Shown: one piece after another, positions 25,718 to 39,200 of the stretch
Numbering within the stretch: the stretch's first letter is position 1
How the letters are laid out: each line of letters begins with the position of its first letter
Origin: Cirrosporium novae-zelandiae
Lineage: Eukaryota
Direction: 5' to 3'
Assembly: GCA_026023565.1 (NCBI GenBank)
Contig: JAPETS010000039.1
Span: 186,001 to 250,000, forward strand
Length of the DNA: 64,000 nt
Program-made: the position numbers and the translations under genes
The notes under the pieces: model-generated
The model's input: the letters and a program-made list of their open reading frames with translations, nothing else
What the model was told of the DNA's origin: nothing
Databases searched by the model: none

Positions 25718-26295
25718 ATGGCATCTACATTTCTCTTCCGCACGCGCCCTCTTCTCTTCCCAACCCTGACCACAGCAGCAGCAGCCGGCACCCTCTTCCT
25801 CCTCCCTCAATTCTCACACCCACTGTCCTGCTCACCCCTTTCTAACCCACCGCTCCAATTCTCCTACATCCGCTCCCCCATCGACGATAATAAAAAAAGA
25901 AAGTCCACCACCAAGAATCGTTTAAATCCCAAAACTGTAGGTCAAATGGCTAGTGGGAGTATATTAGGTAATGTGGTGATAACCTTTCTTTTCCCCATAT
26001 AATTATATTTTACCTATCTAAAAAATGGTTAACCCCCCTTTACTAACTTCAGAATAAAGGTCTCATAACCGCCATATCCCTCTCTACGTTCTCCCGTCCC
26101 CTCGCAATCATCTTCGGTATTCTAGTTCTGGGACTTCGGTGGGTGGGCGCGCTTCCACGAGTGACGGAGTTTATGGAGAAGAAGACGAAGAGGTGGGTTG
26201 GGGAGAGGGGGCTGGAGCGGAGGATTAGGGAGGATGGGACGTTTTGGAGTTGTTTTGGGGTTGTTTGTATGATGGGAAGTTTGGGGAGTTTTTGA
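25718..26295 (+). CDS. FUN14-family mitochondrial membrane protein; intron 25968-26059 (AAG acceptor)
   Basis: The spliced product reads ...QMASGSILGLITAISLSTFSRPLAIIFGILV..., resembling FUN14. Only the AAG acceptor at 26059 keeps the frame. Confidence 0.7.
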
Positions 26296-26696
26296 GGGCA
26301 GGAGGTTGAATGATACTTTTGTGTATTATATGTATGTGTGAGTGCTCTACAATTTATCTAAAAAAAAATTCCTAAAAACGACTAGTTGGGGGTTTAGTGG
26401 GGTATGTCGCTTGAACATTTGAAAATATGTATATATTTATTTGTAGGATCAAGGTCTGTCCTCGCGACCATTAATTCATGGACCTAACCCACAGGAGTAA
26501 CGGATAAGGTGCATCTGAAAGAGCCGGGGTTTATCATTCACATGGGCATTTCATCCCGCAAGGGTTATATACCTAGCCTAGCTTACTTACACGCCCCCTG
26601 GTTTGCACACTGGATCCGTGATGCAATTATGCACATCCTTCTCTATTTTCCGTCGTTATCATCATCCCATGGATATCTTGTCTCGTAAGCTCATCA

Positions 26697-29600
26697 TCAA
26701 TACGTATAGGAATACCACTGTCCTCGACACTCAAGCCAGAACTCGCGAACCAACTTATTTGTGTCCTTTCTTCCTCGGAGTCTATGTTTTACAAATTAAT
26801 AGGGATAATAGCGAGGGATAATCTCTGAGAAGAAGACTTACGCGATGATTTTGGAAATCCATTCCGATTTTTTCTTCTCGTCGACCTTTTGGCCTGGAAA
26901 TTGTGGATCCTTCATGCAATCGTTGAACCACCTAGCTGCCTGGTCTCCCATTCGAAAGACGAGTGCGCGGAGGGGCTCTGCCAGAAAATCAAGCTCGCTG
27001 CGGGCGGCGCTGCCTCCAATGTTGAAGATGAGGACACGGGATAAATAAGGGCCCGTGGAGAGGATAAGAGGTTTGAGGATTTTAGGGCTGGTGGTGGAAT
27101 CAAGGCGGAGTAGTTTAGCCTGGAAGAATGTGACAGTTAGTTTATGCTTACTAGGATGCCTAGTTTCATGCAGAATGATCTATGTGACAATACTAAGGGA
27201 AGAGGTAGAAATAGATACCCAGAAACTTGCAGCAGATCGTTTCGGAAGGATGTCCGGGCCGTTCAGACAGTCTAATGCGAATTTTATACTCGACTGGAGG
27301 GTATGCAGTGTCTCGGGGTCGAGGAGAATGTTATTGTAGCGATTAATGAGACTGTCAAGAACGTCTACGCAAGCTTGAGCGATTTCAGGATCTGTACTTG
27401 GATCTGTGAAACAATTAGAATATGATAAAGTTTGATATCGGGATTTTGTTACCTTGAAGCTGAACGATGAGACTGGTAACGTGCGTAAATATTTGCTTGG
27501 CTTCATTGTCTATTCTTGTACTAGATCCGGAGTTATGGGAGTTGATCAGCATGCAAGCAGTCCCTAAGATCATGTCGAGCCTAGGAGTATCTAGTCCATG
27601 GAAGGTAACGTAGTTGCAGGTGACACCAGGTAGCAAAACGAATGGCCCAGGGGTCTGTTCTTTCAGACCAACCCGAAGGAATTCACATATTGCATCTGTT
27701 ATTTCTCCACTTCTTCCGAATATTCGAGTAACCGTGACGAGGCATTCTACTATTCCTGCTTGTAACCCTGCTCCAGGACCCGTATTCCAAAAATTCGCCG
27801 GAGAAGGTTCAGCATCGAGATCAATCGGTTCATCATCTGCAGATTGGTAGCCTTTCGCCACCCCCCCCAGATTATTCAAAGCTTCAACTGCAATTGTCTG
27901 AGCAACCTCGTCTTGACTATTTGGGTCTTGATCATGAATATGTATCGCTAGTTTAATCCGGACTATAACTGTCTGAAGAAGCCTTTCCAAGTATGTCCTC
28001 TTTGCTTCATCCCAAGGAACTGCCTGGATTATCGCAGCAATAGCACCGAGGAGCTTGCTTTTGGTAACTGTGGAAAGATGTGAGCCGGCCAAAACAGTCT
28101 CATACTGGTTGATGAACTTTTCGCATTGATCAATTAGAAACTTCCGGCAGCTCTGGCACAAAAATTCAATAGCATCGATCACAGTGAGTTGATCTGGAAG
28201 ACTCATACGCTGGCCAGAGTCCACGGAGGCCCGTTCTAAGGATGCAAAGAGAAAATTAAGCGCCGACGGTAAATATTCAGGATATCGTTCGAAGAATGAT
28301 CGAAATTCCCCAGTCAGATGTGCTGTTTCACGACTAGCTCGTTGTCTTGAGAACTTGTCGGTATCCACAGAGAAATCCGAGAGTGTTGCAAACAATTTAG
28401 AGCCAAAAATATTCTTTAGAGTTGAATCTTCAGCAGCTCCAGTAGCAATGGCATCAGAAACTGAAGAAAGACAAAATAAGTTGGCCTCTAGTTCATCCCA
28501 GGCTTTGTTCTCTAATGAACTCACTGCCTCACGAACGATGTGTTGCAAGAGGTCAATCCCTAGCATAGGGTAAGCAGCTTGAAGTAAATCTTGAACATCC
28601 CTTCTGAACGACTTGAATTCTTCTCGATCTTCACCGGGCATATCATGCCAAGTATCTAATGGGGGAAATATGATCTTTCGTCGAAATGCCTCAACGGCTC
28701 TCCCTAAATGCAAAATAGCAGACTGCATCCAAGGTTCGGAAGTGGATTCTTCCTCAAATAAAGCATCTTGAACATTTTCAGCCCACCGGAGCCAAAAGTC
28801 TAATCCCTGGAAACATATCATGTCGTCTTCGACGGGATATCCGTTAAGAGTGATCAGTGAGTGAAATGTTGGCATGATGGACTGATATTTTTCGTAATTT
28901 CGAGCTAAATTCTCAACTTCTGCAGTGCCGTATGCGGAAACCAGTTTAGCAAACTTTTCTGCTTCCGGACTAAAATCTTGTAGATGTGCCATATAAGTCT
29001 GGCCCCAATCTCCCCGTACGAGCTCTGCAAAGGTGTCGTAATCTGATTGGCTCGCGAATGCTGGAAATGACCAGAACAAGTCTACCAAACACTCTGAAGC
29101 CGGATCAAATGAATGTGGGACAACAAGACATTGTATTGTTGGCTGAATAAGTGATTTCAAGGTTGGAATCAGAGTTGAATGATCAACATAGGTTCGATGT
29201 GAGAACTGGATCCACGATTGAAGACACCTTAATGCTTCCTGGGTAACTGTGGGGTCAGATGCAGCGATGAAGCCATCTCTTGTAGATGGTATACAAATCC
29301 TCATTAAATCGACAGCATCATCTAAGCTGGCCATGATCTGTGAAGGACGATCAATTTTCGGATTGGATTCACATCTCGCTCCTTCTTCAGCCAACGCGGA
29401 CGTGAACCATAGTGCTGCTAGCCTCTGTGAGGATTGGAGGTTGAGAGCTTGTGGTTGAAGTTCCTGTATGGCATTCTCAGGTACATAGTCACCATTGATT
29501 AGGGAATAAATAACTTGGCGAATGCATAATATCCACGAGACTCGTAGATGGAGAAAATAGGAAACGAGGGTTGAGCATAGCTTTCTGATAACGAGAGGTT

Positions 29601-29919
29601 TCTCTCCCTGACCGACAAGCCTGACCAGCCATCCTATAAGACGTTGTTGGAGAGCCTCGATATCTGCATCGCTAAGGGAATCTAAATCTTGGTTGATCTT
29701 GACAGTAAATGTTAGAGCTCCAAAGAAACGACTGTTTTGACTCTGGCTCCCTAGCAAAGCATCTGCAAACTGCCAAGCTTGAGGGAGCTTTTGTATTTGT
29801 TTCAAGTTAGTCTCGGCCCTTTTGATTGTTTGCGGTGGTCCAGGAGCATAGAGAGTTGCAATGAGCCTTTCGACATCTTCGCTTGTCAGCTCTTGGGTTG
29901 TCGAGTTTGCGCTCGCCAT
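26697..29919 (-). CDS. Importin-beta family karyopherin (importin-13/Kap122-like, HEAT repeats); 3' introns ending with 26782-26841; probable 5'-UTR intron 29925-30105
   Basis: N-terminal LKQIQKLPQAWQFADALL..RFFGALTFTVKI (IBN_N/Xpo1-like), FRRDVQDLLQ, and a C-terminal LVREFWLECRG. Confidence 0.85.
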
Positions 29920-30365
29920 GATACCTATGGCTATAGCAATAAGTCAGTGTCATCTCCAGAGGGATTGTTATTGCTGAATAGCGCGACATCTTGTAAAAGT
30001 AGAATCATTAGACAAAGCATCATAACATCAAAACACGCCGTCGGTCTTTGGCCTCGCCATTTCCGGCCGAGTGTTTTTGGTGTTTAAAATATTATTGCGA
30101 CTCACCTTATCTTATTTGTACAGGGGAGACGGTTTGTTGGCGATAAGGTTGTGGGTAAGAAATTCAAACGATGGTGGCCGTGGGGTGGCACTTTGGTGGC
30201 ATGGTGGGTCCAGATAATCAACGTCTTGGGGGTCAGAATAATGAATTAGCAAGTTGTGTTTGCTACCAATAATGTTGTCGACCCTCTGGAAGCCTCTGAT
30301 AATCATTCTACTCCACTCCACCAGTGAATGGAGTTTACTGGTCATTCCTTTGCACTTCCTCACTT

Positions 30366-32776
30366 ATGCTTTTGTTTTCTACTCAGGCCTTTCTACTACG
30401 CAGGGCATTTTCAATACGATTGCCAATTCAAACCACCAAGTGCACCGTTCGGCGCTTTTCGGTCTCTCTTGCATTCCGAACTATCGAGATGGAGCAGGTT
30501 GATACTTCGACACGATTAGCAAAGCTGAGGGAGTTGATGAAAGAGAACAAGGTTGATGTGTATAGTAGGAGTGGAGGTTGCCCTTGAATACATTACGGTT
30601 TCTCATATTCGTTAAGTTGTACCATCTGAAGACAGCCACCAATCAGAATATATTGCACCATGTGATGCTCGAAGAGGTAGAATATCAATCAATTGTTCAG
30701 TTATATTGATATTAGCACTAATTATTACCATAGAACATATCTGCGGCTTCTCCGGTTCTGCAGGATGTGCAGTCGTAACTTTAGATAAGGCCGCACTGTC
30801 CACCGATGGCCGTTATTTCAACCAAGCATCGAAACAACTCGACGGCAACTGGCTCCTCCTAAAACAAGGACTCGAAGATGTACCTACATGGCAGGAATGG
30901 TAAATAGCTCTAATACTATCAGCATAATTTTAACGTATACTGAGTCTAAACAGGGCTGCCGAGCAAGCGGAGGGAGGAAAAACAGTGGGCGTTGATCCCA
31001 CAGTCATCACAGCATGTATGTCTCCTGCAAATTCATACCTTTAGTATATGAGTTGCTAATACGTATTAGCCGATGCTCGAAAACTAGCTAAGACAATCAA
31101 GAGCAAGAGCGGAGGTGTCTTGAAAGGAGTGAAAGAAAATTTGGTTGATAATATCTGGGGATCTCAGCGGCCGGCTCGGCCTGTGGAGAGAGTTAAAGTG
31201 CTAGATGTGCAGTTCGCAGGAAAAAAATTCGAAGACAAGATCGAAGATCTCCGAAAAGAGCTCGAGAAAAGGAAAAGTGCGGGCATGGTAATCTGTAAGC
31301 TGTCCCCTCTCTAGCTATCTGGATAATATATACTAACTATTCACCGAAGCTATGCTAGATGAAATTGCCTGGCTCTTCAACCTTCGTGGAAATGAGTATA
31401 TACCCTTCACCTATCATAAGGTTAAATCCAACTAAGATTCCCTACAGTATCCCATATAATCCTGTCTTCTTCTCTTACGCGACAGTGACACCTACTACGG
31501 TGACCCTTTATATCGATGAATCTAAGTTGGAATCAGAAGCAACGGCTTATCTTGGCCATTCTGTGACTATCAAACCATACGAATCTATCTTTACTGAACT
31601 CAAAGCATTGGGCGAATCTCTAGAGGCAGATTCTGAAAAGCCAGACAGCCCTAAGTCAAAGATATTGATTTCCACGAAAGCTTCCTGGGCGCTCAATCTC
31701 GACCTTGGAGGAGAGGAGAACGTTTCAGAAGTTAGGAGTCCAGTCGGAGATGCAAAAGCTGTCAAAAATGAAACGGAGCTCGCAGGAATGAAAGCATGTC
31801 ATGTTCGAGATGGAGCCGCATTAACTGAGTACTTCGCCTGGCTCGAGGATCAATTGATTGTTCAAAATGCAAAACTCGACGAGGTCGAAGCCGCCGATAA
31901 GCTCGAAGAAATCCGATCGAAACATCAATACTTTGCCGGCCTTTCCTTCGACACCATATCCTCTACAGGCCCCAACGCTGCTGTCATTCATTACAAACCA
32001 GAGAAAGGATACTGCTCTGTGATCGACCCGAAAGTTATCTATCTCTGCGACTCCGGTGCCCAGTACCTAGATGGGACTACAGATACAACCCGAACACTTC
32101 ACTTTGGCGAACCTACCGAAATGGAGCGCAAAGCTTACACCCTTGTTCTTAAGGGTGTAATTGCTCTTGACTCTGCTGTCTTTCCAAAAGGAACAAGTGG
32201 CTACGCCATAGACGCCTTTGCTCGCCAATTCCTGTGGAAAGAAGGCCTTGACTACCGACATGGTACTGGACATGGGGTTGGATCCTATTTGGTATGTGAA
32301 GTTCACTTTTTATGTAAGAATGTTTACTCACAATAACTAGAATGTCCACGAGGGTCCAATCGGTATTGGAACCCGTGTCCAATACGCAGAAGTATCTCTA
32401 TCAGCTGGCAATGTTATCTCTGACGAGCCCGGATACTACGAAGATGGCAACTTTGGCATACGCATTGAAAGTAGGCTCAACATGAACCCCAAATTACTCC
32501 TAACTCTCCCAACTAATTTTTCAACGTCTTGTAGACATGATTATGTGCAAAGAAGTCGAATTAAACCACCACTTCGGAGATAAAGCCTGGCTTGGATTTG
32601 AACATGTAACAATGACTCCTATGTGTAAGAAGCTCATCGAGGAGAAGTTGTTGACCCCAGCCGAAGTTAAATGGCTGAATGATTACCACCAGGAGATTTG
32701 GGACAAGACGCATGGATTTTTCGAAACGGATGAGAAGACTACAAAGTGGCTTAAGAGGGAAACACGGCCTATCTAG
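30366..32776 (+). CDS. Xaa-Pro aminopeptidase P (M24B; AmpP/Fra1-like), multi-exon; second in-frame ATG at 30489
   Basis: Motifs [60 protein letters not shown] and [15 protein letters not shown]. Confidence 0.93.
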
Positions 32777-33471
32777 CTGTAAATGTAAGAAGGGGCTTAG
32801 ATACAGTACAATGTGACATGATGCTTGATTGATGCATCATCGTCATCATCATCATCATCTACGATCTAATTTTCACATCCTTCCATATTTCATTGACTCA
32901 TGGTCTTGCAGCGGTGTTTGATAGGCATTGAAGGTTTTATCGCAACCTTTTGGAAGGTATGACTTGAAATTTAATGGTTTCTAGGCTTAGACAAGCGTTA
33001 GTCATGGTGAAGGGTAATCCTTAGGTTTATTTAGAGCCTCAGAGCATGCGAATAGAAACATCGAGGTAAGGGCCATGGTTTTATCGGACGAGTTCAATAC
33101 ACGCACAGTCATGACAGTATATAATAAATCAATCCACCAGATTAGTTGCAATCCGCTTCTTAACCAAAGTCACATTTTTGTTTGAAGCCTCCTTAATATC
33201 AATTGGTAAATTTCGTAGCCCTTGGGGCATGCTAGTATTACCGTGAATATGACGAAAGGGACTGAAGCCAGCAGGAGGTACTTGTAGATTACATATAACT
33301 TCATCTAGCATAAAAGCATAGTTAAGTACTAAGCCAGGTAGTGGCGAATCCACTTGATACCAGAGGCCTTATATAGAGGAAGAATAGAGTTATCAATCAA
33401 TTCAGTTAGGTATTTGAGATAGACTTACAACTACTCCCAAGCAACTGAAATGAGTATTATTTCCTAGAAGA

Positions 33472-35588
33472 TTAGCTTTCCAGATCCTGATACGGCCAGA
33501 GCTTGGAGAACAATTCCCTCTCTTCGTCGTCCGTTGCCAACTCAACAAATACTTCCTTAAATTTTTGACTATTCCTCTTTGCTATTTCGTAGTCCTTGGG
33601 GTCGACCATGCCATCCACCGGTAATACCCCCTGGTCCCGAAACAATACGAGTAAGTGCCCAATACCATCCATGTTTTCGTCCTCCTTTAAGTGAAGCTCG
33701 AGCTCTTGCTTCGAGAAGTTGATAGGACACGTTGAGACATCATTTGGACACAGTTCGTCCCAATGCGCTGCGAGCGATATTAAGGATTGGCGAAGGAAGA
33801 CATCTCGCTTTTCCCAGACTCCGGTCACAAGCCAGACAGGCTTCCGGATTATGGGGATAATCTTCTGCCGAAGAACAGCCCAGTGACGAGGTGCCCGTTT
33901 ATATACTTGGGCCTCGTAGTATTTATGGATAGTCTCATTCTCCAAGTCTTCGTCGATCTGCCTCTTCTCATCCTCGCTAAGGTTCTCGAAATCAGCAGGT
34001 CTTTCTGGAACCACCCAGCCCTCTCTAACAAGCTTAGTATGACGGAACATCCTTGGAACGCCGCACTGAAATAAAAGGGGAGCCACAGCTGTTGACTGTC
34101 AGTCCACTATGCGAGTAATTTTGTGTGATTCCGGATCTACAAAAACATTATTAAGATGAAGGTCAGGATGCCAAAAGACCATGGAGTTTGCTTCTTCCGC
34201 ATATTGGGGAACCAGGTAAGAAGCTGCACCCATATATTGAGATAGTAGCGAGAGAGCTTCCTCGGGGAGCTCAGGGTCTCTGAGAGACCGATAGTAATTC
34301 ATTCGAGGGGTAGCATGTGATTTGATCCACGCTATCTCATTACGTCCTATTGCTTGCATGTATTCACGAGAGTTTTGCCCTATATAATTAGGATCACCAT
34401 TATACATTCTAAAAAAGGAGCAAACGGGATACCCACAAGGACCTCTGTCTAAATTCATATCTGCCCGACCATTAACCCAAAACTCTGCCGATGTAAGAGG
34501 CCCTATGGCGAAGCGATTAAGTACTTCAGGGGCAACAGATCGGCTGATAGACAGATCGGCCGCATCACCGGCAATTTTGTATAGATATTTTTTGAAGTAA
34601 ATACAACCATGTTTCGAGAAGCTCATAGAAGCCAAGGAATTCTCCATTTCTACCACTTGAGTGACTATTTTGAGCTTTATTTCTCGTGGCTACTGATGCC
34701 AAAGGCTACTAAGTCGGACACCGGGGGCTTTCTCTTCTATGATATACTCTGCTTCAACGGGGTTTTTTGGATCAGCGGACCATGCGAAAATTCGAGGCAC
34801 TGGTATATGGAAAACTTCACGCAACTATCACTACTCATTAGTTACATCCAGTAAGAATTAGGTATATACTCTTCAACTTACGAAATCGCGTGTGGCGATC
34901 TCAGACAATGTTGTATAATGAACAGGTCCTGCGTTAGGATTTGGAAGCTTGGCGAATACCTCCACTCCATTGTCCATTGTTAGAAGGAATGCTTTGTTGT
35001 GTAACCCTTCGGAACATTTCAAAATTTTCACACCTGTGCGGTAACTAGGGTCATTATCCTGTACATCGGCAATATATATACTATGGTTGCTGGAAATCAA
35101 GCCATACAGGATCGAGCTCCATTACCAACAACATCAACAGCGACATCCAGAAGCTTTTGTAGATTAAACCGCAGAGAGCGTTTTGAAAGATCACGTTGCT
35201 CGTTGAACCTTTCAAGGTAATTGAAGTGAGCAATATTGCTAAGAGTAGTGATCATTACCCTGAAACTTACAGCCATCGATGTTTTGTATATCGATACAAG
35301 TCCTCTTCTACTATTTTCTGCTCTAGGTCCTAGAGTTAGATTTTTGTTGTGGAGAGATTAGAGGAATCTAGTTACCAGTGTTATTTGGCCCTTCGATACA
35401 CAGCTTCGGCATATGAGTATATGCTTCTCGTCCACCTGACGATAGGGAAGAAAATAGTTTCGCATTCTGGATTCCCTGTAAGGAAGGATGGAGCAGACGG
35501 AGATGGTATGCGGATTGATTCCAGAAGAATCGCAGGATGGTACCCAAAGTGAATGCCCGCCCACAATATGAAATGTATTTGTTGCCAT
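33472..35588 (-). pseudogene. APH-like phosphotransferase (Aim9-like) gene with two in-frame stops (TAG 34690-34692; TGA 34099-34101)
   Basis: Motifs LYRYTKHRWLFNE, EGLHNKAFLLTMDNG.EVFAKLPNP, SEIAT, PVPRIFAW and WHPDLHLNNVFVD; splice sites look intact. Stops fall in LWHQ*P and IVD*QS. Start codon uncertain. Confidence 0.8.
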
Positions 35589-36228
35589 TGCGGGTTGTCT
35601 TAGCCGATTCAAGACATGTTCAGTCTGGAACTGACATCTCACAATGCCTACATAATAAAAGTCACGTAGCTCAGAGCCGTCTCTAACACTTATTCGGCCA
35701 TAATTTGAGGCTCGGTGGAGTCCCTTGTAAAAGTGTTGATAAAATACTCCATAGGACTTTCAGTAAGGGTCATGAGGTTCAGTAGGGGGCTCAACTAGCA
35801 ATTATTCAGGACACGACTGCAAAAACAGGGATGACATTTTTGAGGGGACTTCATGGCTTAATTCTAAGAGTTTTAGGAAGGAATTGTTATAATTAGTTCA
35901 ATAGATAGTAAACTGACTTATTAAGACTAACTGTGCTGTGTGCATATCCCGCCGTGCCTGCATTGACATGTAAACAAGCTTGGCAACTTTGATGGCTATG
36001 TAGATCAGATAGATAGCTACATCCTTTGTCCTTGCCGAATTTACAGTTTACCGATATTTATTTCTGGATGATATAGGTTACTCAAGTTTTCGGATATTCA
36101 TTTGAAATTTAAACAACTGCCTTTGTGATAGATATTGAGCATGTCTTGCTGAGCGCTACTAATGAAAACCTCCCTTCTTCATGATTTCAGACATCAACAT
36201 TGTTGACTCGCTATGATCACTCGCCGCC

Positions 36229-39200
36229 ATGTCGAGAGCACCACCGGACCTGCGCCCACGAACCCCGAACGGTTATTATAATCGCAGTCGCTCGGATCAA
36301 GATAGTAGCGGCGGCTATGGCGGTTTTGGTGGCCCTGTGGGAGGAACACCTCGTAGCCAAACTCCAAGAGTACGTCGAGATGGAGGCTATGGCGGCATCT
36401 CCGAATCAGCTTCTTCACTCGAACCAGATTATGCACGATCACCAGATCCAACTCCCCGTGCGCCCGACATGCAGTCAGGTGGAGGAAATTGGAGGATAAG
36501 ACCTCCTCGAACAAATACTGAATACAGCGACTCGAGTCGAGGTCGAGATCGTGGGGGAGCAAATGGAGTGAACGGAAGTAATAGATCTGGGGAAGGAACC
36601 GCGGGGAAGCGAATTGAAGGTCAGCACAACTTGTCGTCACACAGAACTGGATTTATTGCCGCGGTAGGGTTGTGTTAGCCTCTGGGATCTAGAAGGATAC
36701 CTGCATATAACCTTGTCTTGTCATTTGAGACGCCAAAGCAATCTTCACCACTTTCATTTTATACCTTTGTCTTGAAATTATGGCTAACATGTATAATTTC
36801 ATAGGAGTACTACAGCAAATCCAGCAAGACTGGGATTTTATGACCCAAGATGACTGTGTGCCGGTACAGGTTGCTATGCTGTTGATGGATAATAGTACAA
36901 TTGGAAAGGCAGATCGATATCCGGAATTCCAACAGACGAATAAACAGCTACAAAAAGCATTGAGAGCTATTGTGAATGGTATGGAACATTGAGTGTTCTT
37001 TGCATATAAGGAACGGATATCATGCTAATTATATCCTAGAACACCATCAGGGCTTTAACAGCTCCATTGGTACATTTCATAAAATCCAATCGAGCATCCA
37101 GAGCTCTCAAAACCGAGTACGAGTGTTGAAGGATTCATTAATGCAAGCAAAACTTAATCTTCTTACCTCAAAACCTGAGTTAAAGGGTCTGGCTACTTCT
37201 TCACAGAATTACGATGATATGCTTGGTCTCTTGAATAAAATGTAGTCGCCCTGGTTTCTGTTATATTTGAAGACGCATGGCCCTAATGCTTACTAGTTCC
37301 CAGCTTCAGGCTGTTCCGGAGCAGCTTGATGCCCGTATCTCAGAAAAACGGTTCTTGGGAGCGGTTGATATTCTACAAGATGCTCTTCAACTAATTCGAC
37401 GATCCGAGTTAGAAAATATTGGTGCTCTTAGTGACCTACGGCTTTATTTTAGCAACCAAGAGATGTCGTTGACTGATATTCTAATCGAAGAATTGCACGA
37501 CCACCTTTATTTAAAGTCTCCTTACTGTCAAAATCGATGGAAGCCCGCAGGTCAGAAACCAGAGAACCCCGGAGAAGAAATTCAGCCGTCAGATCCATGG
37601 GGCAAACCGTTAGAGAATTTTCTGAACAATCTGGATACGTCTGTTCCGATGGTTGAAGATGCTTCCCGGAATCCTGAAGCAGATAGCTTTTACTATATCC
37701 AAGTCATTATTGAATCGTTACATCGAATAGGACGCTTAGAAATTGCTATTGACCGTATAGAACAAAGACTCCCGGTGGAACTATTCGGAGTGGTCGACAA
37801 GACGAATGCAGAAGTTGACAGCCGGCATCCAAGCCATGGACGAAAAGGATCAAATAACGAAAAGGGAATTTCAGTTCTTTCTATGGATGATTCTAGCGAG
37901 GGAGGAGCCGTTTTATCTGATCTTCTCTGGACTCTCTATTCGAAGTTTGAGGCAATAGCCGAGTCCCATCGAGTGGTGCATGACGTTGTAGCTGGGATAG
38001 TTAAACGGGATGGACTGCATAATGTAGCTGCTTTAACAGGGGGCTTCAAGGAATTGTGGAAGTTATACCAAAGCGAGATACGATCTCTACTACATGACTA
38101 CCTTGCAACAGACGCCAACACGACTCTCCGTTCAGGTCAGACTTCCATCGAAGGAGGCAATATTTTTAGACAAACTCCACGAGATAAGAACAAGAAGATG
38201 TTTAAACTCTCTGATATCGATCAGTCCAAATCCGAAGAAATGACCACCGAGCAAGAAGATCTAAACGAGATCCTGAAGTCCTCCGTCCCTGGCCTCATCT
38301 CTACAGACAAATCCCATTCAAATAAATCTGGAAATTCCCATGGGAATGGCTCCTACGACAACTCCAATTCTTCTGGGACAGGGCACAAACTCCTTGTCGA
38401 GCCCTCTGTCTTCAACATGTCACTACTCCTCCCTCCTTCTCTCTCCTTCCTCCAACGTCTTAAGGAGCTGGTTCCCCTAGACTCCGATATCGCTATGAGC
38501 ACTCTAACCTCCTTCCTCGACGATTTTCTCATGAATGTCTTCCATCCACAACTTGAGGAAGCCATATCTGATTTCTGCGGTCAATCCTTCATCGAGCTCG
38601 ATGCCTTCCAGAGCGCCCCCAATTGGTCTCAACATGCCAAAAAACCAATTTTCAGAGGCACGATCACGTTTGTTAGCTTAACTAGAGCCTTCTGTAAGAT
38701 GCTAAATGCGATTCCCCACGATCAGGTGTTTAGTCAGCTAGTCATCACTCAGATGGCGACATATTATGACAAGTGTTGTGGCTGGTACAAATCACTCGTT
38801 ACACGCGCCGACGCCAATGCTCCAGGAGGCATAAAACTGAAAGCTGCTGCTGCGTTTGCCGAGGCAGGTGAGATTCATGATGTGGTGACAGAGCTTTGCT
38901 CTCTTACATCTGCCTCCACGTCCCCACCAGATGATGAAGCCATCATGACCCTCCTGTCTCGCGAAACCAATCTACTGATAACCACTACCTCCTCCGCACC
39001 CTTAGAATCCTACGATATTATCAGCGACCCTAAAACCGTTATCGCACTTTCCCTTCTTCACAATAGCATGCAATGGCTATACTCTCGCCTCTCACAACTC
39101 CAATCCCGTTCCTCCACCCAAGCAAAACGCTCCTCTTCGTCCACGATTGCAACACATACCCGACGCTGGACATACCTCACGCCCTCACGCCCATCCATGT

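Noticed and set aside
25029..26295. Divergent SNO1/PDX2 partner of SNZ1
   Set aside because: The divergent gene is FUN14-like and has no glutaminase motifs.
26330..26590. 3'-UTR introns between the convergent FUN14-like and importin genes
   Set aside because: Donor, branch and acceptor-like words occur on both strands and cannot be told from chance without RNA data.
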